DNA of 63,112 bases, filler included, from Choristocarpus tenellus KU-1152 (Eukaryota; Protista; Phaeophyceae), in NCBI GenBank assembly GCA_964200185.2. It is 15 parts of 15 records of this genome, joined end to end, with 100 filler letters (N's around TTAATTAATTAA, not from the genome) between each part and the next. Parts side by side here need not be neighbours in the genome. Positions count along the whole stretch, not along the records: positions 47,449 to 50,404 come from CAXNAD020023380.1; positions 50,505 to 55,744 come from CAXNAD020011388.1; positions 55,845 to 59,652 come from CAXNAD020017812.1; positions 59,753 to 63,112 come from CAXNAD020020547.1; 11 more parts are not named here. One strand, given 5' to 3'. Made by a program: the position numbers and the translations under genes. The notes beneath the pieces are model-generated. The model had not been told where the DNA came from and did no database searches. It saw nothing but the letters and a program-made list of their open reading frames with translations. Of the stretch, positions 47,533-60,514 are shown one piece after another. Every line of letters starts with the position of its first letter. Position 1 is the stretch's first letter.

Positions 47533-48607
47533 TTAGGGTTAGAGGCAGAACAAAACAAAAGTGCTTGGGTGGCCCTACTAGGGCGTATCAAGATGCTGGA
47601 GAGCAGTAGATGGTTCTCGCTGGGCTATTGGGAGAAGCACAGGGCCTCGCTTTCAATGCTGTCATAGGGAAATAAAGGTAGAGAAATGACTCACACATAT
47701 CAATGCAATTAAAAAATATATTATGTAGCTAAGATGGTGCAGTACAAAAATCTCTTGATAAAAAAAAAATAGTAGTATTTACAGCTCGCATGTACAGGTA
47801 GGTATTCATGGTTGCTCAAGAAAATCAAAATTTTCCTTAAAAAAAATAAATGAGAAAGAAATCTCACAAAGAGAGACGGATGTGTGTATACCAATTCCGT
47901 CACATTCGAATAAAAATATATATTTATTTATTTATTGTATATTTATTATATATTTTTATTTGAATACTTTAAATTATTTTTTGTTTCTTTAAAAATTTAA
48001 TTTTGATTTATTTCTTGCGAAATTTGTGCTTAATTTATCATATTGATTTATTGAAAAAAAATCTGGAACCAGCCCCGCGCCAACCTGTAGCATATCGACA
48101 TTTCCTTCAATCCGAAGGCGTTTGCTTGTTGTGCTGTACTGTTATAGCTATGTGTGGGCATGGCATACCAAGGAGCGCACACACCAGGCACACCCAGGAG
48201 GAGGTCAAGGATCGCTGCTAACCCCAACCCTAACCCTGTGTAAAGTGTATGCTGCTGCAGAAAACTTTCTTAGTTCATTAGCCACCATTTAGTCGCATTT
48301 TCTGCTGCCTCCTTCACATCCCTCCCTGCTCATGCCCCTGCCCAGGCTTGACGTCGTATGACTGTTCCTCAAAGTGTTTTCCACAATGACAATCAATGAC
48401 AATCACACGCCTGTTGCAACACTATCCTGGGGAAAGCATGCCCGCCTCATGATGCCCTCCCCTCTCCCACACCACTGAGGCGTGTGTGTCCAATCGGTGT
48501 ATCTCCCCTCTTCGCAGGGTCTCCATTGGATAGGAAATGACAGCAAGAATAACACAAGTGAGGTTTTGGCATTTCCTATCCAAGTACATTTCCTGTTTCC
48601 ACACACC

Positions 48608-48657
<50 letters not shown>

Positions 48658-50280
48658 NNNNNNNNNNACTCAGAAAAAATAAGACAAATAATTAGATAAC
48701 TGCAATATAGTACTTTTCTTTCTTCCTCACCCCGCCCTCCCTACCGCCCTCCCTCCCTCCCTCCCTCCCTCCCTCCCTCCCCCCCCCAAAAAACAAAAAC
48801 AAAAACAACGTGCACACCTCCTCCATAAAATCAATCGGCTATCTACAAACGTCCAAGACACACCTCTCACCGCCCACCTTTCAAGCTACTACCCTGCAGT
48901 GATACTTCCATACTTAACCCTCCCCTCTCTGTTGAAGCCGGCACAGATCACCTTGCTCTGCTTAGGCCCACTGTCGTGAGTCCCGATAGAGTGAGTCAGA
49001 GGTATGCTGTGAGTATCACGTGCGAGCTGAAGCCGTTCTTTATCTGATGCCTTGTGCTTGAGTGCAAACGGCAGGATGAATGTCCAGTAGAGGTAGTGGC
49101 TTAGAAGGCTGCCAGGGCATTGGAGGGGAAGGGAAGTGATTAGTCAGAGAATAGAAAATGGAAGAAGTCACCTTAGTCACCTTAGTCACATTTGCAAATG
49201 TGATCCTGTGTGCCGATTTCTTGTGCTCCTCTGCTCAGTTCTTGGAGTCTAGTCTACCAATTCTATCCAATTGAGCAAATAATAATAATATAATATATGT
49301 ATAATAATAATAAACGAGTGTTTCTTTTCAGGAGCTATATAATATATATATATATATATATATATTGTTCTCACACTTCTTGTTCAAGTCGTTTCCTTTC
49401 TGAGATGGGCAAGCCAAGGTGAGGTGGGATTGCAATTCCCCCCCAAAATCCCAAGGACAATGTTCTACTAACTAGTAAATTTCGTCACCAGGAGAGGTGA
49501 TAGTGGCACCAATTACAATACAATGATGGCGCCCCTTTGCATACAGGAGCGGACTACCGTAGTGGTTGTTGTAAATTCACGCCTCTCTCTTTCAAACTAA
49601 GAGAATAAACCATTCAGCAGTAGTATTATTGCTATTTGTAGTAGTAGCAGCAGCAGTAGTAGCAGTAGTAGTGGTAGGAAGAGGAGGAGGAGGAAGAGGA
49701 GTTTTGCATATTTCCTCCACTCTTTCCCTTGGTGGGTAGTGTCCTCTCTCTTGCTCATGTCACTTAAAAATATGTTATCTCACATCACGTAAACAGATGT
49801 TGATCTTCCTCTCCAAATGACAGTGACAATTCTTACTTACCCAATCAGTCTTGCTACACCGTCTGACTTCATCAAGTCCTTCAGACTTTGCGTGGACTTC
49901 ATGTCGGGTCTTGGTAAAAGCTTGTAAAAGGCATAGCTCCGTGCATATGCTGTCTGGATGTTGCCAATCATGGCCATGTTGACCTGAGAAGGGCATAGTG
50001 GTGCTGCTGAGATAGTGCCTGAAGGTCCACGGTGGTTCTAGTTCTGCTAACTATTTTTCCTTTGTTTTTGAGTCAAAAAAGGAGGTTGAAATGGACCGTT
50101 TCGGCCAAGGATTCTGGTATGGTACACATACTGGCTCTTTGCTATATCACTCTTTGATTGGGTGGGAGTGGGTGCTGAAAAGATTCGTTTCGACGATGTA
50201 GTGATGAAAAGGTAAGCTTGGAGGTCTTCATTTCAAACCTTTCTGGACCTGGCATTGAGGCAAGAGTCGATTTTTCAACA

Positions 50281-50404
50281 GGCTCAAAGTATCTGGGGGG
50301 GGGGGGAGGGGGGTGGCAGGTCTTAATTTGGGGTCAATTTTTTCACGTTGCGATTTTTGGGTGATTTGGTTGCATTCGTCGGATGGATATTGTAAGTGCA
50401 CTTT
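50281..50404. mobile_element. MITE family A at contig end
   Basis: GGCTCAAAGTATCT-poly(G)...GGTGATTTGGTTGCAT...GTAAGTGCAC. Confidence 0.88.
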
Positions 50405-50504
50405 NNNNNNNNNNNNNNNNNNNNNNNNNNNNNNNNNNNNNNNNNNNNTTAATTAATTAANNNNNNNNNNNNNNNNNNNNNNNNNNNNNNNNNNNNNNNN
50501 NNNN

Positions 50505-50571
<67 letters not shown>

Positions 50572-50816
50572 GAGAGAGAGAGACCATTTTTGAATTTTTT
50601 CTCCTGAAAGATAAGTGCCTCGGTCAGGCAAGACTAATCAAAAGGGGCGGTGGGATCGATTTGCGAAAAAAAGAGCTAGTTGGTGAATCGAGATGTCCAC
50701 ATTTAGCGTTCGCATTGTCAAGTGTTGAAATCGTGCCTGCTGCAGTTGTATAGGACAGGTAAAATCTCACAGACTGCAATGACACAATGATGGATTTATC
50801 TACCATGAAGAAATAC

Positions 50817-50921
50817 CTGAAGGGTGGTGGCAGCCTTTATTTCTGTCAAGGCAGTGTCTTTCACCATCAGCAACTCCTGAGATATGCTTTCAATGTCTAT
50901 CGAAGCTGCCTCTTCTCCACC
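50817..50921 (-). CDS. Putative exon, possibly the N-terminal coiled-coil arm of an organellar (bacterial-type) PheRS alpha subunit
   Basis: TAG|GGEEAASIDIESISQELLMVKDTALTEIKAATTLQ|GTATTT, phase 0. Resembles the PheS N-terminal A...I..A..L pattern, but the diagnostic LGKKG is not in view. Confidence 0.35.
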
Positions 50922-52103
50922 CTAGAAGCGCGATCGACGCAGGAGTATGGGAAGGGGGGGGGGCGGTTGGTCAGTAACAGGAAAGGGGGGAGGAAGGAGA
51001 GTAGTCGCTGCGATGCAGAGTGCACTCGTGTGTTGAGAACGCCAGAAGTAGCGTGTTTGCGTGAAGGAGAGAATCACTACCTAGAGCCTGAATATAGTAG
51101 GTAAAGAAAGTATATACAGTGGTGTAATTCCGAAAGTGCCAAAGGGATGCAAAGAAGCGTACCTTCGCTTTTTGGGCGGCACGTATGAGACATGTGCCCC
51201 CTGCAGACACAGGACACCTTCGCATGCAGAGACACCAAGGAGAAGGGAAAAGGGAATGAGGGGCATCAGTCACCAAACATGGAGAGCTGAGACTTTCGTC
51301 CGGTTTACTGATGCCTTAGTAACAATTTCAAGCGTCAAATAGGTTCAATACATCCACTCCCCAGACATCGCTATCGCCAGCTTCACTGACGGCACGATGG
51401 CTGGAAACCTAAGCCAGGGTCAGCCTCCTGGTCACATGATGGTCTCTCCCCAATCACAACCAATTTATCCTATCGAGGTCGTAGACCAGGCACCTCCGTC
51501 ATCTTTTAATGTCTTTTCTAGAATCCAACTCATTAAGAGTGGTTGCAAAGTGCTACCGAGTAATAAGAGAAGAAGATACCTCAACTGTCGAGAGGCCATG
51601 TCAACTAACTACTCAAAGAGTGTCCTGTTGTGTTCTGTGCAACAAATTCCTTGCCTCCCCCTTCACTTACCACCCGCTTCGCAGATTTTGTGACCAGTGA
51701 GTCCTCTTCAGTCCTTGCTGTCGCAAACATCCACTATTTCGAACAGGGGGTGAGGCAAAGCCATCGGCAGACCTAGACGATAGGATCATTGTGGCAGTCA
51801 CCCCACATGCTGAAATACAGCGCATTATGGTTTTTTTACTCCACCCCCCAAACCTCCTCCAACTACTGTGAGATGTTGTGAGCCCTGATAACGATATTCG
51901 TGACGAGGCCTCGATAAACGACGCCCTGGAGCTTGAAAACTTGAAACTCGACCTTGCACACTACTCATGTTATAGAAGGGTCGTTCTTGTAGTTGACCTT
52001 GCCAGTAACGGCTAACCCAATCTATCATGACACATTATACATCACACAGCAAAATCGAGGTGGTAGACGCACATCTTGCGGGAATCTGCTAGAGTAGAGC
52101 ACC

Positions 52104-52439
52104 ATGACCTTGTGTTCTGTCGCGAGGGCTGTTGTATTCGTCCTCTTGGCCACATGCTGCAGGGCGTTCGTGATCCCTTCATCCAAGCACGTCTTCTCGC
52201 ACCCAGAATTAACTGGAGCTAAGAAGCCAGCAACATCCCAGTTCTCGACTGTACTGCCTTGTTCCAGACCACGCTCCACTCCACCTCTCAAAGACTTGAT
52301 AAACGTGGATGACGAAAAAGAAGTAGTTACTGTGGATGTCAAGCCCCTGGTGTATGCAGGAGTCGTTGCTGCCCTGCTTTTCGATTTTTTCGTGGTTCAC
52401 AAGGGGATATTCCCGTGGGCAGAGGGAGGGTTTTGGTGA
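52104..52439 (+). CDS. Small plastid-targeted single-pass membrane protein of unknown function
   Basis: CACC-ATG start, signal peptide ending CRA-FVIP (ASAFAP-like), S/T/K/P-rich transit segment, short acidic stretch, C-terminal hydrophobic helix. The end overlaps a possible GTGAGT donor. Confidence 0.65.
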   Translation: MTLCSVARAVVFVLLATCCRAFVIPSSKHVFSHPELTGAKKPATSQFSTVLPCSRPRSTPPLKDLINVDDEKEVVTVDVKPLVYAGVVAALLFDFFVVHKGIFPWAEGGFW

Positions 52440-52758
52440 GTTGAGTGCTGGACGACCCGCTGTGAGCTATATTTTTTGGAATATCGCATCAAATGCAACG
52501 GTGCTGGTGACAGACAAGGAGGGCACACTGGAGGTCAGAGTTCTGTCTGGAGAGTACCTAGGATATAGCAACTATTTCTCGAGGTGATTTGAGACCTGAG
52601 ACCCTGAGACCTGGTACTGACACGGCAATATGCTGAGTTTGTATTGAGTTAAACATCAATAACAAATATCGGGGAATCATCCCAACATAGACCTACTGAA
52701 CTTGCTCACTAGTATGCTGTGTGGTTGGACGGACTATAGTCCGTGTATTGAGCAAGAA

Positions 52759-54596
52759 TTAGCATGTTGTGAGGACCTTCCGTCTTAGAGAACACACTAT
52801 GTCATCCACACTGTACCGACGCATCCATGCGCGGACACTCTGATTCTCACAAATTCGCGATTCAAGTTCAAGTTTGAGCTGTGCAACACTTTTCCCTTCG
52901 AAAAAGAGGCGATGATGGTACTTCAACTTTGGCTTAACTCTTTTTGTTCTCGTAGTTTTTGTTTGGTCAACAGTACCCCCAAGCAATGTACAGAGTATAC
53001 ATGCTACTTACTTATGAAATTTCCTCATACACTATAAAGCTTGCAGCACACCCCACTGTTCAGCGACTGACTTGCAATGGGATTATCCTCCCACAGTCTG
53101 CATCCCCCGTGCATGTGATGAGTTGCATACCATATGTGCACACTGTTTCAGCCCTGACAACAACACAAGCGTCTTCGCTTTGGAAGGTAAGTGTAGTCTC
53201 TCCAGCTCTTACCCCGCCAGTAGAAGAGATAAAAAAATAATTGAAACATTGCCACTAGTGTTATGATCGAAACAAATGACAACTAAGCCCTTATCATCAA
53301 CAAGCCCTGTTAGTAGAGTAAAACCCTGTGTTGTTATTTGCTCAGTTATTGTAAATTCAACGTTTACCTCCCACAAATGTTGTGATACCATTGAATATCG
53401 ACAAACTCGATGAGTGCAACGGGTCGTCCCCCATTCTTGAACCCAGCATGATAGAATGGATGGCATGCACAGGTTCTACTCCTGCTGCACTGAAAGGCAG
53501 CCGTAAGACTTCTAAGATTCAATGCATTGATAGTTCTTTGTGTCTTACCACTCTCACCCACAGACATAATACGATTGACAAGAGGAGAAACGTTGCTACT
53601 TCAAAGAACAAACTCCTAATCCTATTTCAGGCAAAATACTCCTTAAAAGTCCAAACCCCTTGTTCCTGGTTACTCACAGTGGCGAACACGTGGGATAAAA
53701 TAACGCCACCGTACTTGGCATGGTTAGACCCATGTGTCCAGGAGGGTTTCCAATGTGTTGGTGCAATCTACATCAGATACAGAGGGAGAGAGAGAGAGTC
53801 AAGGTGCCAAAAGCCACCATAACGTGTAACTCAATTGAAGTATCCGCACGGGTAAGAGTCATTCACACAACGAGCGTGAGTTTAATTACACTAAAACAAA
53901 CCAAAAAAAAGTTTTTTTTTTATTTTAACTTGTCACACATAGCCCCAGGTCCCACGGGCAGAGCTCGTTCACAGAAGGGAAAATTTAATGAATCTAAGAT
54001 CCTTCCTGTTCCACGATTCCACTCCTTGTGTTTATGAACCCAACTGTAGCAACCAAAACAAATTGGTATAATTCACAGCCCTAACAGTAGATGACTGGGT
54101 GCTGTGGTTGTTTGTGAAGCATTGCTGCACTGCAGTCAGGGAGAGAGGTTCACGCTTCCTTCTCGCCCACAACGCCTTACCAAGTTGTGGCACGTGTCAA
54201 TATTATTCGAGTGCTGTGTACCCCCCTCCCCCCCCTACAACTTTCTTGTGTTCCCAATGAGCACCAGCATTTTAAAAATAAAACATTTTTGGCAAGCGAG
54301 CCACTGACCTGTCCAAAAATTCACCGACTCTTACTATGTTAAGTCTGAATCGGTAGTTGGTGGAATAGAATGACACTATGCACTTACCCCAAAGCAATCC
54401 CACATATACCACCAACACAGAAATTTCGTTGAAGGTAATGTTTACCATCAACTAAACTAAAACTCTGAAAGAAAACACCGATCAAGGTCGTTGAATATTT
54501 TATCCAGTTATTTCCCCCAAAATTGATAACTTTCCGGTGGGTTCCCATACTTCGTACAACAACTGGCAGTAGGACAGAAGTACCCAGCAGTATGTT
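52759..54596 (-). CDS. Possible multi-exon gene of unknown function (candidate exons near 54387-54596, 53678-53767, 53368-53480, 52759-52930)
   Basis: Several open segments ending in GTAAGT, GTGAGT or GTAAAC donors. No motif recognised and phases not resolved. Confidence 0.25.
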
Positions 54597-55844
54597 CTGA
54601 ATGTCCATTACAAAAATGGAAAAACAGTCGAGGTGATTCCTAGCAGATGAAATTACACCACACTAAAATTACAGTTGAAATATACTTTATATATGTAGTA
54701 CTTGTCTCCTGTTTCAACTCTTTTATTTTTTTGAAACCCATGATAACAAAAACATTAAAATAGCTGACCGGGGGATATAGAGGACAAATTCCCCACAACT
54801 CCTTTTCCCCAAACGTTCAACCTTTGTTCAGATATTACAAAGGAACAGTCCACACCAAAATTTAACATTCAGTGCATCAAAATACTTCAGAGCCCAACAC
54901 CACACCATCAACACCTTCCGACGATCACTGTAATGCAGACTGCCTCAGTAGTGCCCCTCCTCAGAGGACGAAAACATTGCACCAATAGAGTGCACAGTCA
55001 CCATCCAGCAATAGCCCACGGAGAACATCCAATCAACAGGCTCGGTTTGCGATTTCCCATGCACTATACACAATCCGAACCACACTGGTACCTTCACTCT
55101 TTGGATCAGGGTACTAAACCCACGTCACTGACTTCCTTGCAAGTTCCACAGGCCACGTTCTTCCTACTGCGAAACACTAATCTTATAAATGGTTAGTTCA
55201 TGTGAAGGTTCAGCTCTCCTACAAATCCAAACCAAAACTACCACGTATCGCCTTTTTTCGAAAGTCAAAGCAGACAGGGCTAGTGCACCTTCAACACAAC
55301 CCACAAGAGGTGCATACCTCATCGCCCTAGTTGCTCACCAGACCGTACTTACTGCTCATAGTTCTGTGTATTCCATGATCACATGAGATACTCTTACAGA
55401 CCTCAAGAGCCACTCTAGGCCTTACATACTAGGTTTGAACAGTGACCGACCTTCACGCTTGTCACTACTCTACTCCATCCGCTTTTCCTGCACCGGGGAC
55501 CTGCTGCCTACATAGTAATGAAAGTTTTGTTAAGATAAAAAAGCACAAGTATCCTGACCTAGGCCATGGGCACCACTTGCTAGACAGGTACTCCTCAGTT
55601 CCATTTTTTTTTGTCCTCTCTTGATCTGTGTCTTTTACTTGTGTACTTGTGTATCATAATATCTCTAACTACTGTAAACCCCATCTCTCCCCCCCTCTCT
55701 CCCCCCCCCCCCCACCCCCCCCCCCCCCCCCCCCCACCCCCCCCNNNNNNNNNNNNNNNNNNNNNNNNNNNNNNNNNNNNNNNNNNNNTTAATTAATTAA
55801 NNNNNNNNNNNNNNNNNNNNNNNNNNNNNNNNNNNNNNNNNNNN

Positions 55845-55934
55845 GACCAAATCAAACCAAAAAAGTGAAAATCGAAAAAATGGTGAAAAACGGACGCCGA
55901 TATCCCCTCCCCCCCCCCCCAGATACTTTGACTC
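55845..55934. mobile_element. MITE variant end at contig start
   Basis: AAACGGACGCC...poly(C)-AGATACTTTGACTC. Confidence 0.75.
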
Positions 55935-56164
55935 AATATAGAGGTTGATCATTCCAATTGCTGGGTCGTTCTTGCCTCTTGGCTTAGTGGGGTCACATGA
56001 AGCAGAGCAGCATTTACAAGTCTGCAATGGAGAAAGCTAGAGCACTGGAAGGAAAAACTGTTCAGAGGATTTTTTTTCAAAGTAGTTCTAAGAACAGTCG
56101 GAAAATAGGAGCACTTTAGAGCATTTTGGAATAGGGCACACAGAGGGAGCATAGAACTAGTAAC

Positions 56165-56389
56165 CTCGAAGAAGATAGCAGACTCCATAGGAAGCTGCTT
56201 GCAGATGTCCTCGCTTGCAGTAAAAATTGACTCAAGGTACATCCACTTGCGCTGCACAGTGAGAATCATGTCCACCACCTCACTGACGGAGTTGAGTGTC
56301 TTTTCCCAGAAGTCGATCTTCTCTGAGAAGGAATTGTAGAACTTGGAGGCTTTGATGGTGGAAAGCTGAATACTATCATCCTCCAGAAC
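56165..56389 (-). CDS. Axonemal dynein heavy chain (DNAH2/I1-beta-like), DHC_N2 region exon
   Basis: VLEDDSIQLSTIKASKF...WEKTLNSVSEVVDMILTVQRKWMYLESIFTASEDICKQLPMESAIF. Confidence 0.93.
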
Positions 56390-56638
56390 CTGTCAGTGCA
56401 CGACAGACCATAAGCATAAGATTGAGGTACAGGAGAATGTCACCAGCAAGATCAGAAGCGCTATGGATTTTTTTTCTGCTTTGCCATGCATGCCTCTAGC
56501 TACTGGTTATTTGTCGCATCCCTCACCCCTCACACCTCCCTTCACGCTGAATATTCCACATTATTCAAATGTGGCGTCAACACTGCGCCTAACAGTTGCC
56601 TAGCCTGTACAAAACTCGAAATATTGTCTTATTTGCAC

Positions 56639-56740
56639 CTGGAACAAGTCGTCTGTACTCCTGATCTTGTAGTACTTGTCCTTATACGATCCCATGTCAA
56701 TGTTGATGTCCTTCCACCTAGTAGCCACACTGGAAAGCCC
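56639..56740 (-). CDS. Dynein heavy chain exon
   Basis: GLSSVATRWKDINIDMGSYKDKYYKIRSTDDLFQ; phase 0. Confidence 0.9.
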
Positions 56741-56943
56741 CTGAATTGAGGACAGCATATTAAATGTTGAGTGGGTTGCGTTTTTTGCAACAGAGATTGA
56801 AGGTTGAGCTTTTTTACCATACTTCAAATGAAATTCAAGATGGTGGATATGTACTGATGTATCCACAGACATTTCAAGTTCATCTTGAAGTTGCTACTGC
56901 TTGCATATATGTCTGCATGTCATGATGTTCATATCTCAGATCT

Positions 56944-57225
56944 GATCCAAAGCATTTAAGAGGGTAGGGCCACGTCCGTTCAGGGTCATAAATCCAATGC
57001 TGCAATTTTGATGTAATATTGGCTATCACGTTTGGTAGCAAGTGTCAATATCCTTGCTCTGGACACACCTTTCATAGTTGTGTACATTTTACCTACTCTG
57101 AAATGTTTCAGAGTATGTATCTGCATTAACAGAATTCCGGAAAAAGGGCATAAAAAACCTATGGGAAGCCGAGCCCCAAACGGACAAATATGGGTAAACT
57201 CCCACCCTCCGAAATACTTTGGATA
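56944..57225. mobile_element. MITE family B in a dynein intron, 4-bp TSD ATCT
   Basis: GATCCAAAGCATTTAAGAGGGTA...CCCTCCGAAATACTTTGGATA flanked by ATCT/ATCT. Confidence 0.88.
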
Positions 57226-57321
57226 ATCTTTTTACCACACTTCAATAAATATAAATGTCAGATATGACCCTGCATGGTGATTAGACCCTGGTTAGGGTAA
57301 GGGCTGCACTTGTGCACTCAC

Positions 57322-57453
57322 CTCCTCGATGCTTAGCTCCTTGTTTGCTGTGGTGCTTAGGTCTCCAATAAATTCTGCGAAGTTATGCAAGCCCAAACTG
57401 AAAACGCCTTCCAGATTGAAGTCAGCTGCATTCGGGTCGAAATATCGACCCAC
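57322..57453 (-). CDS. Dynein heavy chain exon
   Basis: VGRYFDPNAADFNLEGVFSLGLHNFAEFIGDLSTTANKELSIEE; phase 0. Confidence 0.92.
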
Positions 57454-57556
57454 CTGCACATTAGGATATATAGGATAAAAAATGATCAGAACGATCAGCG
57501 TAAGGGGTTTTGTGATAGGGAACAGGAATGCAAGTATTCAGTACACAGGATCTGAT

Positions 57557-57741
57557 GACCCAATGTGTCTGGGGGGGGGGGGGGGGGGGTCTAGACCAGG
57601 GTGTCCATTTGAGCCATGACCAGAAAAAGTGCACTTACATTATCCATCCAGTGAACGAAACCTAATCACCCAAAAATCGCGACGTGAAAAAATTGGCCCC
57701 AAACGGACAGCCACCACCCCCTCCCCCAGATAATTGGAGTC
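57557..57741. mobile_element. MITE family A in a dynein intron, 4-bp TSD TGAT
   Basis: GACCCAATGTGTCT-poly(G)...CCCCAGATAATTGGAGTC flanked by TGAT/TGAT. Confidence 0.9.
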
Positions 57742-58287
57742 TGATACTCCCAGGAAAGGAGTGGAGTCTGTACTCAGAGGTTGCCTAGGTGTTCGAATGC
57801 TCACGTCCCTTTTTCTCAAATGCCGCACCTTATTTCAGCACAGTGTCTCTAGGCACGATCATCAGTACCAAATATAGATCCTATCGCAATTCACATGGTA
57901 CAGAGCTAGAATAAAGAGTGAACACATAACAATAGAGGTATATACTGCATTGTAGATAATGCCGCTGAAGAATATGATCCACACTGCTCTTTGGGTCCCA
58001 CAAACCCTCTGACCAAGAGGAACTGCGACTTGGTAGCAGCTGCAATATGGGAATGGTAGCCTACAGGGTGCACTCCTCACATCCTAGAAGCTATGCACCC
58101 ATTACCTCAAGTATTGCATTTGTGGATGCGTGCCTGTCTGCACAGTCTCTTCATTTCACTCCACCTCATCTTCAACGAAGATGATCAATTTTTCATTTGC
58201 AAAGCAGTACTTTCGCTAACAATGTCACAAGAAATTCATAATACAAAGCAAATTTGGGTCAACATCATTTTCAACTAGAGGAAATAC

Positions 58288-58437
58288 CTCAGATCGTAAG
58301 GAATCCCAGTGCCTCTCTCTAAGGGCAGGGTTCTTGAGGTCTTGAATCAAGGGCATTGTCTGCCGGAATTGCTCCACCTTTTCCTTCATGCTCTCCCATA
58401 TACGCCACTTCTTAATGTCTCGACCTAGCTTCCCAAT
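58288..58437 (-). CDS. Dynein heavy chain exon
   Basis: EKVEQFRQTMPLIQDLKNPALRERHW; phase 0. Confidence 0.93.
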
Positions 58438-58738
58438 CTTTGGAAAAAGGATGGAACAAGAGGTTACAAAGTTGTTAGCGAAACAGGAACAATAGCCACC
58501 ATAACAGGATTTCCTATAATTTCCTTTGCAAAATATGCATCCATACTTCAGCTATCTTCGTGCTCATCTCAAACATTTTTTTTCAGGATCAATAGGGATC
58601 TGGAACTCATATTCCACAGCTCTATTCCACAGCTCTATAAGAGCAGGGATGAAGAATTAGTTCCCTGGTAAACTATCAATGAAATGTTATGCTTACTTTA
58701 TTCTCAAATAAATATTATGCACCCCTATTCCATTACAC

Positions 58739-58852
58739 CTTTTTGTTGAATTGCCCTGCAGCATTTTCCATCTCTTCCACATCCAGCTCCTTGAAAAGGC
58801 CATTCTTCCATTCATCCCACGAATTATCCCAGTCGTTGGCAACAGTCCAGAT
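58739..58852 (-). CDS. Dynein heavy chain exon
   Basis: IWTVANDWDNSWDEWKNGLFKELDVEEME; phase 0. Confidence 0.92.
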
Positions 58853-58955
58853 CTAAAAAGGTTCCCATTGTTTAGTTGTGGAGGTGTTCCATAGCAATGA
58901 TAAGAAGAAATTCATTTTCCTTTATTACAATGAAGGCAAGAAAAATGCTGTCTTT

Positions 58956-59212
58956 GACTCTATCTTAGAGGGTAGAGCCGCGTCCATTTGGGGGTCAAAA
59001 TCCAATGTTGCGGTTTTGATGTAATTTTGGGTATAGTGTTTGTGTTAGGAAGTGTCCATATCCTTGTTCCGGACGCACCTTTTCATAATGTACACATTTT
59101 ACCTACTCCTAAACACTTTGGAATAGGAAAATGTCATAAAAAAACCCATGGGAAGCCAAGTCCTAAATGGACAAAGAGAGAAAAACCCGTACCCTCTTTG
59201 ATTATTTCACTC
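58956..59212. mobile_element. MITE family B copy, eroded termini
   Basis: TATCTTAGAGGGTAGAGCCGCGTCCATTTGGGG...GTACCCTCT...TTTCACTC. Confidence 0.85.
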
Positions 59213-59546
59213 CTACGCCAATGGAGTATCACAGATTGGTTTTTGACTTCGTCTTTTTTTGGTCAACTCGTTCCTTACATCCTGGTCGATGAGTAGTGCT
59301 CCTGGTCGTTGATAAGCAATCTCACATTGAGACATCCTATCTCAGAGGGAGGCTATTTAGGACCTACTGGGTATTTGGGGTCTTTTTAAACCGTACACTT
59401 GATAATCCTTTCCCGCGTAAGAAATACAGTTAGACCTAAAAAAAGAGGATGTGTTTGCAGAAGAGCAGATGATAGTATACGCAGATGAACCGGAAGGCAG
59501 TCGCATGGACCCAAGACGGTCGATGACCCCACTCTAAGATAGGATA

Positions 59547-59652
59547 GACCCTAAGTATCTCGGGGGGGGTGGGGGTCTACACCAGGGTGTCCATTTGGGG
59601 CAAAATCAGGAAAAGTGTATTTACATTATCCATCCAAAGTATGCAACCAAAT
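59547..59652. mobile_element. MITE family A at contig end
   Basis: GACCCTAAGTATCT...GTCTACACCAGGGTGTCCATTTGGG. Confidence 0.85.
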
Positions 59653-59752
59653 NNNNNNNNNNNNNNNNNNNNNNNNNNNNNNNNNNNNNNNNNNNNTTAA
59701 TTAATTAANNNNNNNNNNNNNNNNNNNNNNNNNNNNNNNNNNNNNNNNNNNN

Positions 59753-59945
59753 ACGACATATATATAGTTTTCATTGGTTTCCCCCCTGACACATCTGCAA
59801 GATGTCAGAGGTCATAATAATTAAAAATAAATAGAAAAGGTTTCAAAATCAAAACTCTCGTAATGTTGTGAATAGTTTTCGTTGGTTTTTCCCCTAACAC
59901 TTCTGGAAAATGTCAGAGGTCAAAATAATATAAAAAATAATATAC
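59753..59945 (+). repeat. Two tandem short copies of the CRE-like element 3' end (hairpin plus A/T-rich tail)
   Basis: ATAGTTTTC.TTGGTTT.CCCCT.ACAC.TCTG.AA.ATGTCAGAGGTCA.AATAA occurs twice and is the reverse complement of 60520-60590. Confidence 0.75.
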
Positions 59946-60514
59946 TATAGTTGATTGAACAATTCCAAATAGTTGGTGTTGTCTTAGTTATAATATAGTT
60001 TGTGGTAGGAGCCAATTTTGTGAAGGTTGGAGTTGAAGAATGCATGTCTTGATGTTGGATGAGATTTTATAAAATTGTAAACTGTGAGGGAGACCAAGGA
60101 ACATACCTTTGTATGTGGGTACTATCATGAAGTAGTTTATCAATGGGGTTTAGAGGGTCGAATGCTTGGGGAATAAGGTTGAAGTTGTTAGATTATTTGA
60201 TCGAGTAAGGGTAGGTTACATAGTAGAACCTACTACTGTTCATTACTGTTGTTTGCACTATTTAGTACGAAATACTGCTGTACAAGGAAGTGTAGTCACT
60301 ACTGACCTTTACGTCAACTTTTTGGGGTAGAAGAAGTGTTGTTTGTGATTTTATCCCACACTTTCTACATCTATAATTTCAGGAACGTATGTACTAATAC
60401 AATGCGGTATAATATAATAGTATATATTGTCGCACGTGCGATTTGCGGGATCTTTCCATTAGTTTTCATAGTGGTACATATTTACTTTACTTTTTTTCAA
60501 CTATCCGCAGGTAT

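Noticed and set aside
50505-50570. Long poly-G/poly-C tracts (also near 5420-5545, 48610-48657, 55700-55744) and their poly-Pro/Gly ORFs
   Set aside because: They adjoin gaps or contig ends, so their lengths are unreliable and are probably inflated by sequencing or assembly artefacts.
57750-57812. tRNA or tRNA-derived SINE (GTTCGAAT B-box-like)
   Set aside because: No cloverleaf or convincing A-box.
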